Assembly: GCA_963796955.1 (NCBI GenBank)
Contig: CAWCNJ010000006.1
Span: 96,001-160,000, forward strand
Source: Endomicrobiales bacterium
Lineage (GTDB): Bacteria > Elusimicrobiota > Endomicrobiia > Endomicrobiales > JALOBY01
DNA: 64,000 nucleotides
Direction of reading: 5' to 3'
Shown: positions 47,200 to 60,700 of the stretch, one piece after another
How positions within the stretch are numbered: position 1 is the stretch's first letter
Layout: every line of letters begins with the position of its first letter
Notes under the pieces: generated by a model
Databases searched by the model: none
Told to the model about the DNA's origin: nothing
What the model saw: only the letters and a program-made list of their open reading frames with translations
Program-made: the position numbers and the translations under genes

Positions 47200-48522
47200 A
47201 TGGAAAGACACATAGATAGGCTTCTGTCTGAATGGAAAAATGACGATCATAGAAAAGTTTTGCTTTTGCGCGGCGCCAGGCAAGTTGGTAAAACGTATTC
47301 TGTAAGGGCGTTAGGGAAAACTTTTCCGCATTACCTTGAAGTAAACTTTGAGGAAGAAAAACCGGTTAAGGAATTTTTTAAGGGTTCCCTGAACCCGGAG
47401 ATGCTTTGTCAGAAACTTTCTGCGTATTTTAAGAAACCTGTAATCCAGGGTAAAACACTCCTCTTTTTCGATGAGATCCAATCCTGCCCGGAAGCCTTAA
47501 GTTCGCTGAGATACTTTTATGAAAAGATGCCTCGTCTTCACTTGATAGCAACCGGCTCATTGCTGGAATTTGCTCTTTCGCAAATACCGGCACAGGGAGT
47601 GGGAAGGATCACTTCATTATATCTCTATCCGATGTCATTTGATGAGTTTTTGATCGCTTTGGATGAACGTAAGCTTACTGAAATAAAAACCGGATCCAGT
47701 TATAAGTCTCCCCTTGATACCGCGTTCCATGAGAAACTGATCGATTATCTAAAGATTTTTTTTATTATCGGTGGAATGCCTGAGGTAGTAAAAGAATACG
47801 TCGAACGAAAAGATCTGTTAGCATGCCAAAAAAAAATAAATGATTTGATCGAAACGTTTAAAGACGATTTTGCAAAATATAAGAACCGGTCGCCTTCGCA
47901 GAGAATAAATGAGGTTTTCAGCTCGATAGTATATCAGTCCGGAAATAAATTTAAGTATTCAAACGTCGATTCCCATTCTTCGCATATCGCCATTAAAGAT
48001 GCTTTAGACATGATCGTTATGGCGGGGCTGGCAATTAAAGTATTCCATACTTCCGCGCAGGGCTTGCCTTTGGGCGCGGGTATCGACAGCAGAAAGTTCA
48101 AAGTTATTCTTTTTGATTTTGGACTTTATCAAAAATTGCTCGGGTTAGACATCTCGTCGATAATTGCGGATAATAATTTTACGGCGCTCAATAAAGGAAG
48201 CCTTGCGGAATTATTTGTCGGGCTTGAAATTATTAAAAATAATCCATCATCTTTACGAAGTGATTTGTATTATTGGCACAGGGAAAAAAGAGCAAGCAAC
48301 GCAGAAGTTGATTATGTTATACAGAAAGGGAATGATATTTTACCGGTTGAGGTAAAATCCGGCTATTCGGGACAAATGCAGAGCCTGAGATTATTCATGC
48401 AGGAGCACAACTCTAAAATGGGCATAAGAGTGTCGTTGGAAAATTTCGCAAAATTTGAGAAAATAGAAGTATATCCCATGTATGCGGTGAAAAACATTTT
48501 GCAAGGGAATAGGGGGGAGTAA
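47200..48522 (+). CDS. AAA+ ATPase (AAA_14) with C-terminal DUF4143 domain, longer subtype
   Basis: GARQVGKT, LFFDEIQ, ATGSLL, YPMSFDEFL, IGGMPEVV and YYWHRE...AEVDYV...PVEVKSG. AT-rich. Start moved from GTG 47185 to ATG 47200 on promoter geometry. Confidence 0.88.
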   Translation: MERHIDRLLSEWKNDDHRKVLLLRGARQVGKTYSVRALGKTFPHYLEVNFEEEKPVKEFFKGSLNPEMLCQKLSAYFKKPVIQGKTLLFFDEIQSCPEALSSLRYFYEKMPRLHLIATGSLLEFALSQIPAQGVGRITSLYLYPMSFDEFLIALDERKLTEIKTGSSYKSPLDTAFHEKLIDYLKIFFIIGGMPEVVKEYVERKDLLACQKKINDLIETFKDDFAKYKNRSPSQRINEVFSSIVYQSGNKFKYSNVDSHSSHIAIKDALDMIVMAGLAIKVFHTSAQGLPLGAGIDSRKFKVILFDFGLYQKLLGLDISSIIADNNFTALNKGSLAELFVGLEIIKNNPSSLRSDLYYWHREKRASNAEVDYVIQKGNDILPVEVKSGYSGQMQSLRLFMQEHNSKMGIRVSLENFAKFEKIEVYPMYAVKNILQGNRGE

Positions 48523-48582
48523 TACCCAAGTAACCTTGAGTACTAAAACGATGGCCGCGTTACGTATGATGGTGCATTGTTT

Positions 48583-48734
48583 AAAAACACACACTTAGAT
48601 TAATTGGTGTGTGTTATTTATTGCTTTATCGTTGAAAATTCAGTAATATTTGTTGTTACCTGCCATACAGACGCCCTTAAACGTCTAAATGTATTGATAT
48701 TCATACGATTCATCTTATAATTTATAGTGAAGAA
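48583..48734 (+). promoter_or_regulatory. Conserved upstream module of giant gene 2
   Basis: AAAAACACACAC-N12-GTGTGTGTT, TTGAAAATTCAGTAA, and TTGATA (48694) - 16 nt - TATAAT (48716) followed by TTATAGTGA. Homologous to 11728-11880. Confidence 0.7.
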
Positions 48735-48787
48735 GTTACTGTATACCTTTTTTACTCATGTATCACTATTTTCGCATGGAGAACGTC

Positions 48788-51700
48788 ATGGTCGTTCGAT
48801 TGTGTTTGCGAACAGTTAACTCTAAAAGCGCTACACTCGCGATAATTTTCGCGGTTGCTGCGCTATTATTTTTGCCCTCCGTTTCAATGGCTACCAGCGC
48901 GCCGACCAATGTAATGCAGCGTGTCAGCGGTTCTGTTACTCTTTCATCGTTCTCATGGACCAGCTCGTCTCTCATAGTCTCTTCGTTCACTCTTCCCGGC
49001 AGCAGCTCATACTGCATTCAGGCAACCTCCGCCACCGTTAACGACCAACCGGACTGGACAAAGTTATTGTGGGGCACCAAGCGTTCCAGCGTACTGAACG
49101 CCGGCACGACCTGGTATAACTGGCCCGCCCTTACTTCTCCCGGCATTTACTGGTGGCGCATCTGGGCGGAAAGCGCCGGTGTGGCTTCCTCGACGATCAC
49201 CGTGCTCTCCGCAGGCGGCCCGGCGGCATTCGCCTACAAGACTGATGTGGACCCGCGGGGCATCGATGTTTCGTCGGGTCTCGGTGTTGATTTTGGGGAA
49301 GGCAATGGGGTTTTTGGCGGCCTGGCGCTTGGCGATTATGATAATAACGGCACGCTGGATCTTGCCGTGGCCGGTTACACAGGGTCTCAGACCATATGCC
49401 GCGTTTATAAAGGCAATGGCGATGGAACATTTAACCAGGCGTTCGTTGAGCCGATCACCGGCTGGGGCTCCGATAACGGATCCATCAATTGGGGCGACTA
49501 CAATAACGATGGTTCCCTTGACCTGCTGGTGAACGGTAATGGTTCTGATGGCCCGGTACATTTGTACGTTTTTAAAAACAACGGCGACGGTACGTTCAAT
49601 TCAACGCCGATAGAGCCGAAACCTGGCTGGGGACTTCACTATGGAAATGCACAATGGGGAGATTATAACAACGACGGTTATCTGGACATAGTAACAGAGG
49701 GCCAGGATTATCCGGCATACCAAAATCGTTTCTATTTGTTCACGAATCTGGGCAATGGAAGCTTCAACCCTGTACCCATAGATCCCGATCCCAGTGACGC
49801 CTCAGGATATTCCACTGCAGGTTTTTTCGATTACAATAATGATGGTTACCTTGATATCTGCATGACCGGGACAGGAAGTTGGGACAACCGCATTTACAAG
49901 AACAACGGTGACGGTACCTTTACCAATTCAGGCAACGATGTGCCCTGGCCGTACGGCGGCGGGTATACCTACGGCGATTACGATAACGACGGCAATGTGG
50001 ATGTGTGCCTGCCCGACGGCATATGGCAGAACAACGGTAATGGCACGTTTTCCGGGGGCGTTCAGTTTGGTGGAAATGAGGGTACACCGGCTTTAGCAGA
50101 CATGAATAATGATGGTAAATTGGATGTAGTCGTTGTCGGAAGTTATCAAGGCAACTTCTTAAAGCTGATCGCTAATAATGGCGGCAGCAATTTTACGGCG
50201 ACAGACCTGAGCCCCGCGACCACCGGGCAGAATTTTTCCTACATAGTTTTGGGAGATCTTGACGGTGACGGGGATGCCGACATAGTTGTAGCCGGCCAGA
50301 AGAATGATGGTTCGAACGCCAGGTTCCTGAGCGTATACAAGAATAAGAATTACGAAATGGGCAACACTAATACCGCGCCGCAGCCGCCCGCCGGTCTTAC
50401 CGCCCTGTTTAGCTACAACGTTAACAGCGCCAGTATAACGCTGTGCTGGACGCCCGCCCAGTATGATGTGGGCCATTCCTCGTACTCGATCTATTACAAC
50501 GTGGAAATGGCGACCGCGCCCACAACGCTTACCGGCAGCAATATGAGGGTGTCCGGGGCTAACGGCTACAAAATACCCTGGGATTACCCTTCTGATCAAG
50601 GTAATTATATCCGCCCTGCGGTAAAACAGCGGGCAGGCCTTTCCCAAATTACACAGGGATCAAGTTATCAGGTTCCGTATGGCAATTTGCAGGCGAACGC
50701 CACCTATTACTTCCGCGTACAAACTATTGATGCCGGCTTGATGCGCAGTACCTGGTCTGCGGAAAGATCTATTTGTGCTGCGGCGCCGCTCCCGCCGAAC
50801 ACACCATCCGGGCTTATGCAATGCCTTGTGGGGGGTGCAACGGTATCGTCATACGGCTGGGTCGGCAAGGCGGGTGACGTTATATTTTCATCGTTCACGC
50901 TTACGGACCCCAACGGCAGTAGCCCGGTTAAATACCGCATTCAAATAACCTCGGTTACCGCCGCCGGCATTGCCCCGGTCTGGAACCAGGGCATTGCGGT
51001 AGACTACACGTCCGGCTGGCTGCCGCAGGGGGCGACCACCTATTACTGGCCTGGCTTGCCGGTCGGATTGTACTGGTGGCAAGTGTATTGCATAAACGGA
51101 AGCAGCGTTGCATCGTCCGTAGCAACCACTCTTGCCGACGGCAACAACCCGGTGCTATCCTACAAGACGAATTTCGACCCTACCGGAATTGATCTGGTGC
51201 CCGGCCTGGGTGTTAACAGCGGTTTTGTCTCTCTCGGTGATTTCGATAACAACGGCACGCTTGATATGGCGGTTATTGGTTATACCGGCTCAAGCTACAT
51301 TAGCAAGGTTTATAAAAACAACGGAGACGGGAGTTTTAACCAGATCGCAGTAGCGCCGAGCAACAGCGTGGGCGTTAATGGTTCCGCCGCCTGGGGTGAT
51401 TATAATAACGACGGCGACCTGGACCTTGCGGTAAGTGGTTACGATGGCGGCTCTCCACGCCTGCGCATTTACAAAAATAGCGGTCTCGGAACATTTAATT
51501 CTTCGCTGGACCTGATATCTGGCGGCGGTTTGGGTAGCAGCGGTGACCAAGGGGTTATTGCCTGGGGCGATTTCAACAATGACGGTTATCTTGACCTTGC
51601 AGGCGCAGGAACGGATGGTAGTGCGGAGCGTTTTTATGTGTTCATGAATAATGGCAATGGAAGTTTTAACACAACCCCTGTGCAGCCTGATCCCGGCTGG

Positions 51701-54700
51701 GGTGTAGACAACTGGTGGGGCGGGATATGTACCGTTGATTGCAACAACGACGGTAACCTGGATATAGCCGTCGCAGGTACCAGTGACGGCTTCGCGGGCT
51801 ATGCCAGAATATACAAAGGCAACGGCAACGGGAAATTTAATTCAGCTTTTACCACACCGGACGCGGGTTACAATGGGGGCGACCAGGGGTATGCCTCAAT
51901 GACGTTTGGGGATTATAACCTTGACGGCAACCTGGACGCAGCGGTAGGCGGTGTTGCGGGTTTCAGGGTGGATAAGGGCAATGGCGATGCGACCTTTACC
52001 GATACAACCCTTCAGCCTGACGGCGCCGGCTGGTTTGGCAGCGCCGACGGCGGTGCGGTAATCGCCTGGGCCGATATCAACAACGATGGTAAGCCCGATA
52101 TGGTAATTGGCGGGCTTCAGAATGGCAACGGCGGTAAGTTCAGGCTGGAACTGAACAATGGCAATGGCACGTTCACGTCCAGCGATATCCAGCCCGGCTG
52201 GAACAGTTTCTGCAATGTTGCTCTTGGCGACCTGGACAACGACGGCGATGCGGACGCTGTCGTGTCGAATCAAAATGGTAATGACAGCGGCCACTACTAT
52301 TTGAAAGCCTTCTTTAACAAAACCCATGAAATGGGTATCGCTACCAATGCGCCCGTCCCGCCGGGAAGTCTTACCTACCAGTCTTCATACGCGATAACCG
52401 GTTCCACGGTAATGATAACCTGGCCGGCAGCGCAGTACGACGCAACCGCATCGTCGCGCACGCTTTCTTTCCAGGTGGAAATATCAACGGCTCAAACGAC
52501 GCTTGCATCGAACAAAAAATTGATATCAGCGCCCTCGTCAGCCGGTGCATTCATAAATACCTGGGCGTCTGAAGGCGATGATTATGGAACGTTTTACCGT
52601 CCTGCGGCAAAGGTCTGGGGTACGGATCCCTCGCCGAAATTCGGCATTCAGTTGAATTTAAGCACTGCCACCATCCAGGGCGGAACATCGTACTATTACC
52701 GCATACAAACCATTGATGGCAGTCTTTTGCGCAGTACCTGGTCGGTGGAAGGCACACTGTATATGCCCATGGGCACGGCGCCGGCTGCTATCACCAACCT
52801 TACCGCATTGAAAGGCAACTCCGGTGGCGAGCTGAAACTAAACTGGACCTCCCCCGGCGCGGACGGAACCGCGAACAACATATACGGTGGTGTCTTTAAA
52901 ATACGCTATTCCACCTACACCATCGCATCGGCCGGTTTCTGGACGGATGCGGCATCTAACTGGACGGACCCGTTAAACAAATATCAGATAACGATACCTA
53001 CCAACTCCACGCCGAGCACAACACAGTCAACGACGCTTGTAGGGCTTACCCCAGGCGGGACCTATTACGTCCGTGCCTGGGTGAGGGATGAGGTAGGCGT
53101 AGACAGTACCAGCTGGAACGGTAACTGGTCGGCGTTGTCTAATGCCGCGACCGCGTATGCGATGACGGCGACAACCCCGCAGGTGATAAGCGACCTGGTA
53201 GCCACGAACAATGCGGCTCTGGGCGCCGTTAATCTTGCCTGGACGGCACCCGGCGGTAACGGGCAGACCGGCGACCTGAACGCAGGTTCCGCCTTCAAAA
53301 TTAAATATTCGACGGTGAACGTTATCACGACCGATAATTTTACGACCATGCAGTCTACTATGGCTATCCAGAGTATAACTATTTCAACGGTTGCTACTGC
53401 CATGAGCAGGCAGAGCTACAACGTAGGGGGGCTTACCAACGGCAAAAAATACTGGTTCGCGATCGAAACAGAAAATTCCCAGGCCGCCTGGTCGACATGG
53501 TACTCTTCAGCCACAGGGGACGGTCATACCACCTACAGCATACTGGCAAGCACGATCTGTTCGTACACTAACCATGCGCCGACAATATCCAGCCTGGAAC
53601 AGCTGAACGGTTCAATGGTTTCAATGACTTCGTTTACCTGGATAAATTCCGGCGCTATCATTTCATCGTTCACTATCATCGATACCGACCTGGGCCAGCA
53701 GGTGCGGTTCAATATCCAGATAACGTCAATAACAACTAACGATGCTGCCGATTGGACCAGTATATTCGCCAGCACGCGCTCAGCTTTGACCAGCCAGGGC
53801 ACGTTGAACTATACCTGGCCGGCGTTGAACCCGAATGTGTACTACTGGTGGCGCGCCTGGGCGGAAGATCAATTTGGCTTAACATCAGCTACCTCCACCG
53901 CGCTGGTAAGCGACGGTGCAGCGGTAATTGCCTATAAAACACCGTATGATCCGCATTTTATAGAACCTACCCCCGGCTGGGGAGTAGGATATTGGGGCGG
54001 CGGTACTGCCTGGGGCGACTTTAACGGTGACGGTAATCAGGACATCGCAGTTACCGGCTGCGGCTTTTGGGGCGGGAACGATTACCTCAGGGTTTATTTG
54101 AACAATGGTGACGGCACATTCAGTTCCTCGTATATAGAGCCGCAGATCGGCGTGGGTTTCCGCAGCGGCGCAGTGGCCTGGGGGGATTTTGATAACGATG
54201 GTGATCTGGATCTGGCGGCAACCGGCTCTGTCGACGGTGATGTTACCGGTATACTGAGAGTATACCGGAACAACGGCAATGGAGCTTCATTTAGTACAAC
54301 CTATACGGATGCGCCCGGTTGGGGCGGGTTCTACAGCTCAGTTGCCTGGGGCGATTATGATAACGACGGCAACCTTGATGTAGCTGTAACGGGGACGTTG
54401 GATGGGACGGCAGCTAACGGAAGATTCAGGATATACCATAACACCGGCAACGGGACTTTTGACACGAATTACCTGCAACCCACGGCCAATTGGGGCGTGA
54501 CTTACAGTAACACAACTCCACGTATTGGCTGGGCGGATTATGAAAATGACGGAGACCTGGACATTGCTGTCTGCGGCACTGATATCAGCAGCACGAATGT
54601 TTTGCGTGTATACAAAAACAACGGCGACGGAACGTTCGCCTCCTCCCCTGCTCTCCTGGTCAATGATGTTATTGATTTTACCTGGAGCGACTATGATAAC

Positions 54701-57700
54701 GACGGTTATCTAGACATTATAGGCGTAACCGCAACCGGCAGGGACGTGAGGGTTTTTCCCAATAACCGGAACGGCACTTTAAACGCGTCCCCGGTGATGA
54801 TTCTTCCCGGTCTCAATGTAGATTTTTATGCGCTTTGTGCAGGGGATTATGATAATGATGGCAATGTAGATGTGGTAGTTACGGGCCATGATTTGACCAG
54901 CGATAACGGTTGTCTCAGGCAATACCGCAGCCTGGGTAACGGAACCTTTGATCAGAAGCCTACAAACCTTCTTCCCGGATGGGGGCCGCGTGTTTCAGGT
55001 TCCCTTGCGTTGTCGGACTACAATAACGATGGCGCTCTTGATATTGCGGTTACGGGTTGTTACGATACGGGGTGGACACCCACCTGGTTCCGCATCTTCC
55101 AAAATATGGAAGCCCAACTTGGCAACGCCAACACCGCCCCGGTGCCGCCAACTATTTCCACCGCGACGTTTAGCTATAGCGCCACCAGAAGCACATTTAC
55201 TGTTGCCTGGGCACCGGGATATTACGACGTAGGCCATTCCTCCAACTCGGTTTATTACAATGTGGAAGTCGCCACATATCCTACCACGCTGCAATCGGAC
55301 AATAAACGCATCGTAAATTCAAACAAGTTTGTCCAGACTTGGGATTTCGGCAGCCCCAACCTTGGCAGTTACATTCGCCCCGCGGTTTCCACCAGCTGGG
55401 CCGGTGTTAAAGGCACCCAGATGGTTGGTTATACGATCGCCCCTTCAACAAACAATTATTTGCTTAACGCCACCACCTTCTATTTCCGTGTGCAAACCAT
55501 AGATTCAGGACTTATGCGCAGCACCTGGTCTGCTGAATATTCCTGCCTCGCCTCATCGTTTGTTGCTTCACCATCGGCAGGTATTATGATCGTAGCAGGG
55601 GCAACGGCCAGCAACCGGAACGACTCTGCGGGGACAGCCCTGACTGCCATGTTTGCCCAAGGCGTTCCGGCGGGAGATCTTCTGGTCGCCGCTGTAGCAT
55701 ATGAAGGTAACGGTGCAATTACCGTTGCTGACGGTAAAGGTCAGACCTGGCAGCCGGCGGTCACGAGATATGATTCCGGTAATACTACAACGTGGGCCAT
55801 ATATTACATCTACAACACGCAGGCGCTGTCTTCTACCGCTGAGAAAACCGTAACACTGACGACGGTGTCTGGAACAACGTACCGGTATATGGTGATAACT
55901 GAGTTTTCTGGGGCTCAGGCGAGTTCTGACCCGCTTGATAAAACTACTTCCGGCAACCGGTCTTTTTCTACAGGGGCGAACGGAATATTCACCGATGCCT
56001 CGCCTACCCCGTCGGTCAACGGTGAACTGTTATTTTGCAGTCTTATGCAGGATTCTAACACCCATGTACCGCAAACAGCCGGGACAGATTTTACGATGGT
56101 AACGAACGGTATTGTACCCAATGATAGTATCAGTTCCAACTATCATTTGCATACTGAATACTATGTACAGCCGACCGCTGCCGCTCATCTGGGAACGTAT
56201 ACCTGTTCAGGTTCAGACGCCGATACGTACGCTATAGCGATGGCTACGTTCAAGCCTGCAACAGCCGGCGATACTACTCCCCCTGCGGCGATAACGAACA
56301 TTTCAGCCGTTACCGGTCTCTCGGGCGGCAGTATAAATCTAACTTGGACTGCGCCCGGGGATGACGGCATTTCCGGCGCCATTTCCGGCGGCGCTTTCAA
56401 GATCCGCTACTCGTCCTATACCCCCACCTCTTGGACGGATGCCGCTTCCAACTGGACTGACTACCTGAATAAATACCAGATCACCTTGTCCACCAATGCC
56501 ACACCGGGCGCCTGGCAGGCACGTACTCTTACGGGCTTAACCGAAGGTGTTACCTATTACATCCGCGCCTGGAGCCGCGACGAAGTTGGTGTAGACAGCA
56601 CCAGCTGGAACGGCAACTGGTCGACGTTATCGAACGGGGCGACAGCCTGGGCAACGGTTTCGCCCAAGCCGTCCTGCATAACGGACCTTGTTGCGACAAC
56701 TAACGTTGCCGCGAACGGCATAACCCTTACCTGGACCGCTCCCGGCGATAACGGTCAAACCGGCAGTCTTACGGCCGGCTCCGTATTCAAAATAGAGTAC
56801 TCTACGGTGAACGTTATCAACGGCGCAGATTTTGCATTATTGCCCTCCACCATGGTGATCCAGAGCGTGACGATATCTACAACAACAACTGCCATGAGCC
56901 GGCAGAGCTATACCCTTCCTTCGTTGAGCAATAACACAAAATACTGGTGCGCCATAAAGACCTGCAATGCCGAAGGGGGATGGTCGGTGTGGCAATCATC
57001 CGCAGATGTCGCGGCGTATAACATGCTTGCCGCCACGGTCTGTGTAAACGGGCCGAATAGCCCCCCGAACGCGCCGGCGAACCTGGTGCAATACGACGGC
57101 TCTTTTGTAAATCTCTCGTCGTTCACCTGGACGAATTCAAGCACGATCATCTCATCGTTCACGCTTACCGACCCTGACGCAGGCCAGCAGGTGAAATACC
57201 GTTTACAGATCACCACTGTTTCCAGTAACGGCCTTGCCATCTGGACGAACGGGTATTTTATAGACTATACCTCGCCGCTTTTGAATCAGGGCACCACCAC
57301 TTATTACTGGCCCACGCTGACGGCCGGTAAGTTCTACTGGTGGCGCGTCTGGGCGATAGATGCGGCAAATGCAACATCTTCCACTTCGACCGTGCTCAGC
57401 TCGGGTGGCCCGGCGGTGGTTGCCTGGAATACGCCCTTCGACCCGAAGTACCGGGAACCCATGCCGGGTGACGGTATCGGCGGCGGCGGCTCCAGTCTTG
57501 CCTGGGGCGACTTCGACGGCGACGGGTATCAGGATCTTGCCATACTTGGCAACAGCAATAGCAGCGGTGACATAACCAAAGTGTTTCCCGGCAAGAGCGA
57601 CGGTACATTCAACGCGGCGGTAACCTTGCCTTCGGGGCAAACGTTCAGCTCTGGCGGTGTGGCCTGGGGAGATTTTAACAACGACGGTTTGCTTGACCTG

Positions 57701-60700
57701 GCCATTGCCGGCAAGAATAGTACTACGGGTAATGGCTCAGTGCGCGTGTACCGAAATACCGGAGGCGCCTTCAGCGCCACATTTGTGTCGCCGGAAACCG
57801 TGGGATACAGCTTCTCCAATCTGGCCTGGGGCGACTATGACAATGACGGCTGCCTCGACCTGGTCGTAGCGGGGTGGACCGATAGCTATGCAATCGTGTC
57901 GCGGGTATATCACAATAATGGCAATGCCGGGTTCACCGTCGCCTACAATAATAACTTTGGAGTCGCCTCTACTGATGTCGGTTCTGTGCCCCCTCGCTTC
58001 AGTGGCTGGATGTTGAAAATGATGGCGATCTGGATCTCGCGATGGCCGGCAACGCGGGCGGCACCTACAGTATGTCAATATACCGCAACCAGAACAGTAC
58101 CTTTGCGTTCGGCTCGGCCCCGGTCTTCGAATACGACCCTGTCTCCGCCGCCGCCTGGGGCGATTTTAACAACGACGGTTTTATGGATTTCGCGGGCGTT
58201 GACTCTAATTCCCGGGTAGCTGTTTTCCTCAACACCGGTAATTTCACCTTCAATACCGTGTCTCCCATTGTACTGACATCCACTATCAACAATTTCACGA
58301 ACGTCGCCGCGGGTGACGTTGATAATGACGGCCTCTCGGACGTATTTGTCGCCGGCAGCACCGGCACGGCATTGTATTACAATCGTAATGGAAGTTTTGT
58401 AAATCAACCCACCTTTCCATTCTGGCCGCTGTACGCAGACGAAAGCATTGCCCTTGCCGATTATAACGCCGACGGCGCTTTGGATGCCGCCTTTGCCGGC
58501 GGCGATCTTCTCGGTGCCGACTACTTCAGGGTTTTTAACGGCAAGCAGACGAATACCGCGCCGGTCCCTCCCAGCCCCAGCGTTACGCTTACCTATAGCG
58601 GGGCGGCGGTCAACCGCAGTACCTTTACCGTTACCTGGCCGCCCTCTCAGTATGATACGGGCAATTCTTCCAACTCGCTCTATTACCAGGTTGAGGTTTC
58701 CACTTTCCCGACCGCGCTTTCCGGCGATGCCCTGCGCATAACGACGGGAGGGAGGTACCAGAATCCGTGGAATTTCGGCACGCCCGGCCTGGGTGGTTTT
58801 GTGCGTCCGGCGGTTTCCACTAGCTGGGCCGGCGTAACGGGCAGCCAGATGCAGGGGTTCATGTTCAGCCCCTCAACGGCGACGCTGGCGGCGAGTACCA
58901 GTTTCTACTTCCGCGTGCAGACGATAGACGCGGGCCTTAAGCGCAGTACCTGGTCGGCGGAGTATATGTGCGTTATTGCCACCTACGCGCCGTCCGGCGT
59001 TACCGACCTGACTGCTACTACTAATATCGGCATAAATGGAATATCACTGGCCTGGACGGCGCCGGGCGACCACGCGCTTTCCGGGAATCTTACCAGCGGC
59101 TCGCAGTTCAAGATAGAGTACTCATCCGTCGGAATAATCAATACGGCAAATTTCGACTCTCCGCCCGCGAACCTCGCGGCAACCGCTATCTACATCTCCA
59201 CCGTTACTACGGCGCGCAGCCGCCAGAGTTGGAGCGTGCCGAACCTGCAGAACAATACGGTCTACTGGTTCGCCGTTAAAACCGAGAATAGCGCGGGCCT
59301 GTGGTCGGTGTGGCAGTCGTCCGCGGACGTGGCAACATACAACCTGCAAGCCAGCACCCGCTGTGTTGCTGTTAACCATGCCCCGAACGCGCCGGCGAAC
59401 CTGGTGCAATACGATGGCTCTTTTGTAAGCCTCTCGTCGTTCACCTGGACGAATTCAAGCACGATCATTTCATCCTTCACTCTTACCGACCCGGATGCAG
59501 GCCAGCAGGTGAAATACTGTTTGCAGATCACCACCGTTTCCAGCGCCGGTCTTGCCACTTGGACGAGCGGCTATTTTTGGAATTATACTTCCCCGCTTTT
59601 GAACCAGGGCACAACCACGTATTACTGGCCCACACTGACGGCCGGTAAGTTCTACTGGTGGCGCGTCTGGGCGATAGACGCGGCAAATGCGACATCTTCC
59701 ACTTCTACCGCCCTCAGTTCGGGCGGGGCCGCAGTATTAACCTATAAAACCGATTTCGACCCTAATGGAATACGCATTGTACCCGGCCTCGGTTTATACG
59801 GAAATGACGTTTATAGCCAGCTTGCCCTTGGTGACTTTGACAACAACGGCACCCTTGACCTTGCTGTTACTGGTGAGGATATTAATTCGCTTTTTGATTT
59901 TAGAGTATACTCAGGCAATGGCGATGGAACATTCAACTTCTTGCCTGCACTGCGTAATGATGGTACCTATTTCGCATCGTTGGCATGGGGTGATTACAAT
60001 AATGACGGCGATCTGGATATCGCGCTCAGTGCGGGTAACATAGAAAACACCATAGGACTGTATGTTTACCGTAACAAGGGAAACGGCACATTTGATACTA
60101 CGCCGCTGCAGCCTGCCGGAGCCGGTGTCGGTATAGGCGGCGGGCTTGCCTGGGGAGATTTTAACAACGACGGCTTTTTAGATCTTGCTGCCTCCGGGTG
60201 GATAAATGCAACGACTGAAAAATTCTACATTTACAAAAACAATTGCAACGGCAGCTTCAATACAACCCCCGTTCAGCCTGACAGCGCAATGCTATTTGGC
60301 GGCTACGAAGGTTCGCCCATCAGCTGCGCGGACTTTAACAATGACGGTCTTTTGGATATAAGTGTGTGTGCGGATTATTGGCAGTCCAGGCTTTACAAGA
60401 ATGACGGTGACGGCACATTTACGATAACGAACGTCGGCGTTACGGATGTACCGTACGGCCAGGCCTACGCGTTTGGCGATTATGATAATGACGGCAGCCT
60501 GGACATCGCATCTCCCGGCGGAGTATATCAGAACAACGGTGCCGGATCATTTTCAATGGGGCCAGCCCTTCCGTCTAATGGCGACTATTACTGCCCTTCA
60601 AGCTGGGCGGATTTTAATAATGATGGTAAGCTGGATCTTGTTGAAAGCGGCGGGTTCGATTATGAATATTTGATCGAGCTGACAAACAACGGCAGTAGTG

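Noticed and set aside
12372..58433. Diversity-generating retroelement (TR/VR pair) as the cause of the near-identical repeats
   Set aside because: There is no reverse transcriptase in the window. The repeats are 0.3-1 kb coding blocks with only about 2 differences, not a short pair with many adenine-specific mismatches.
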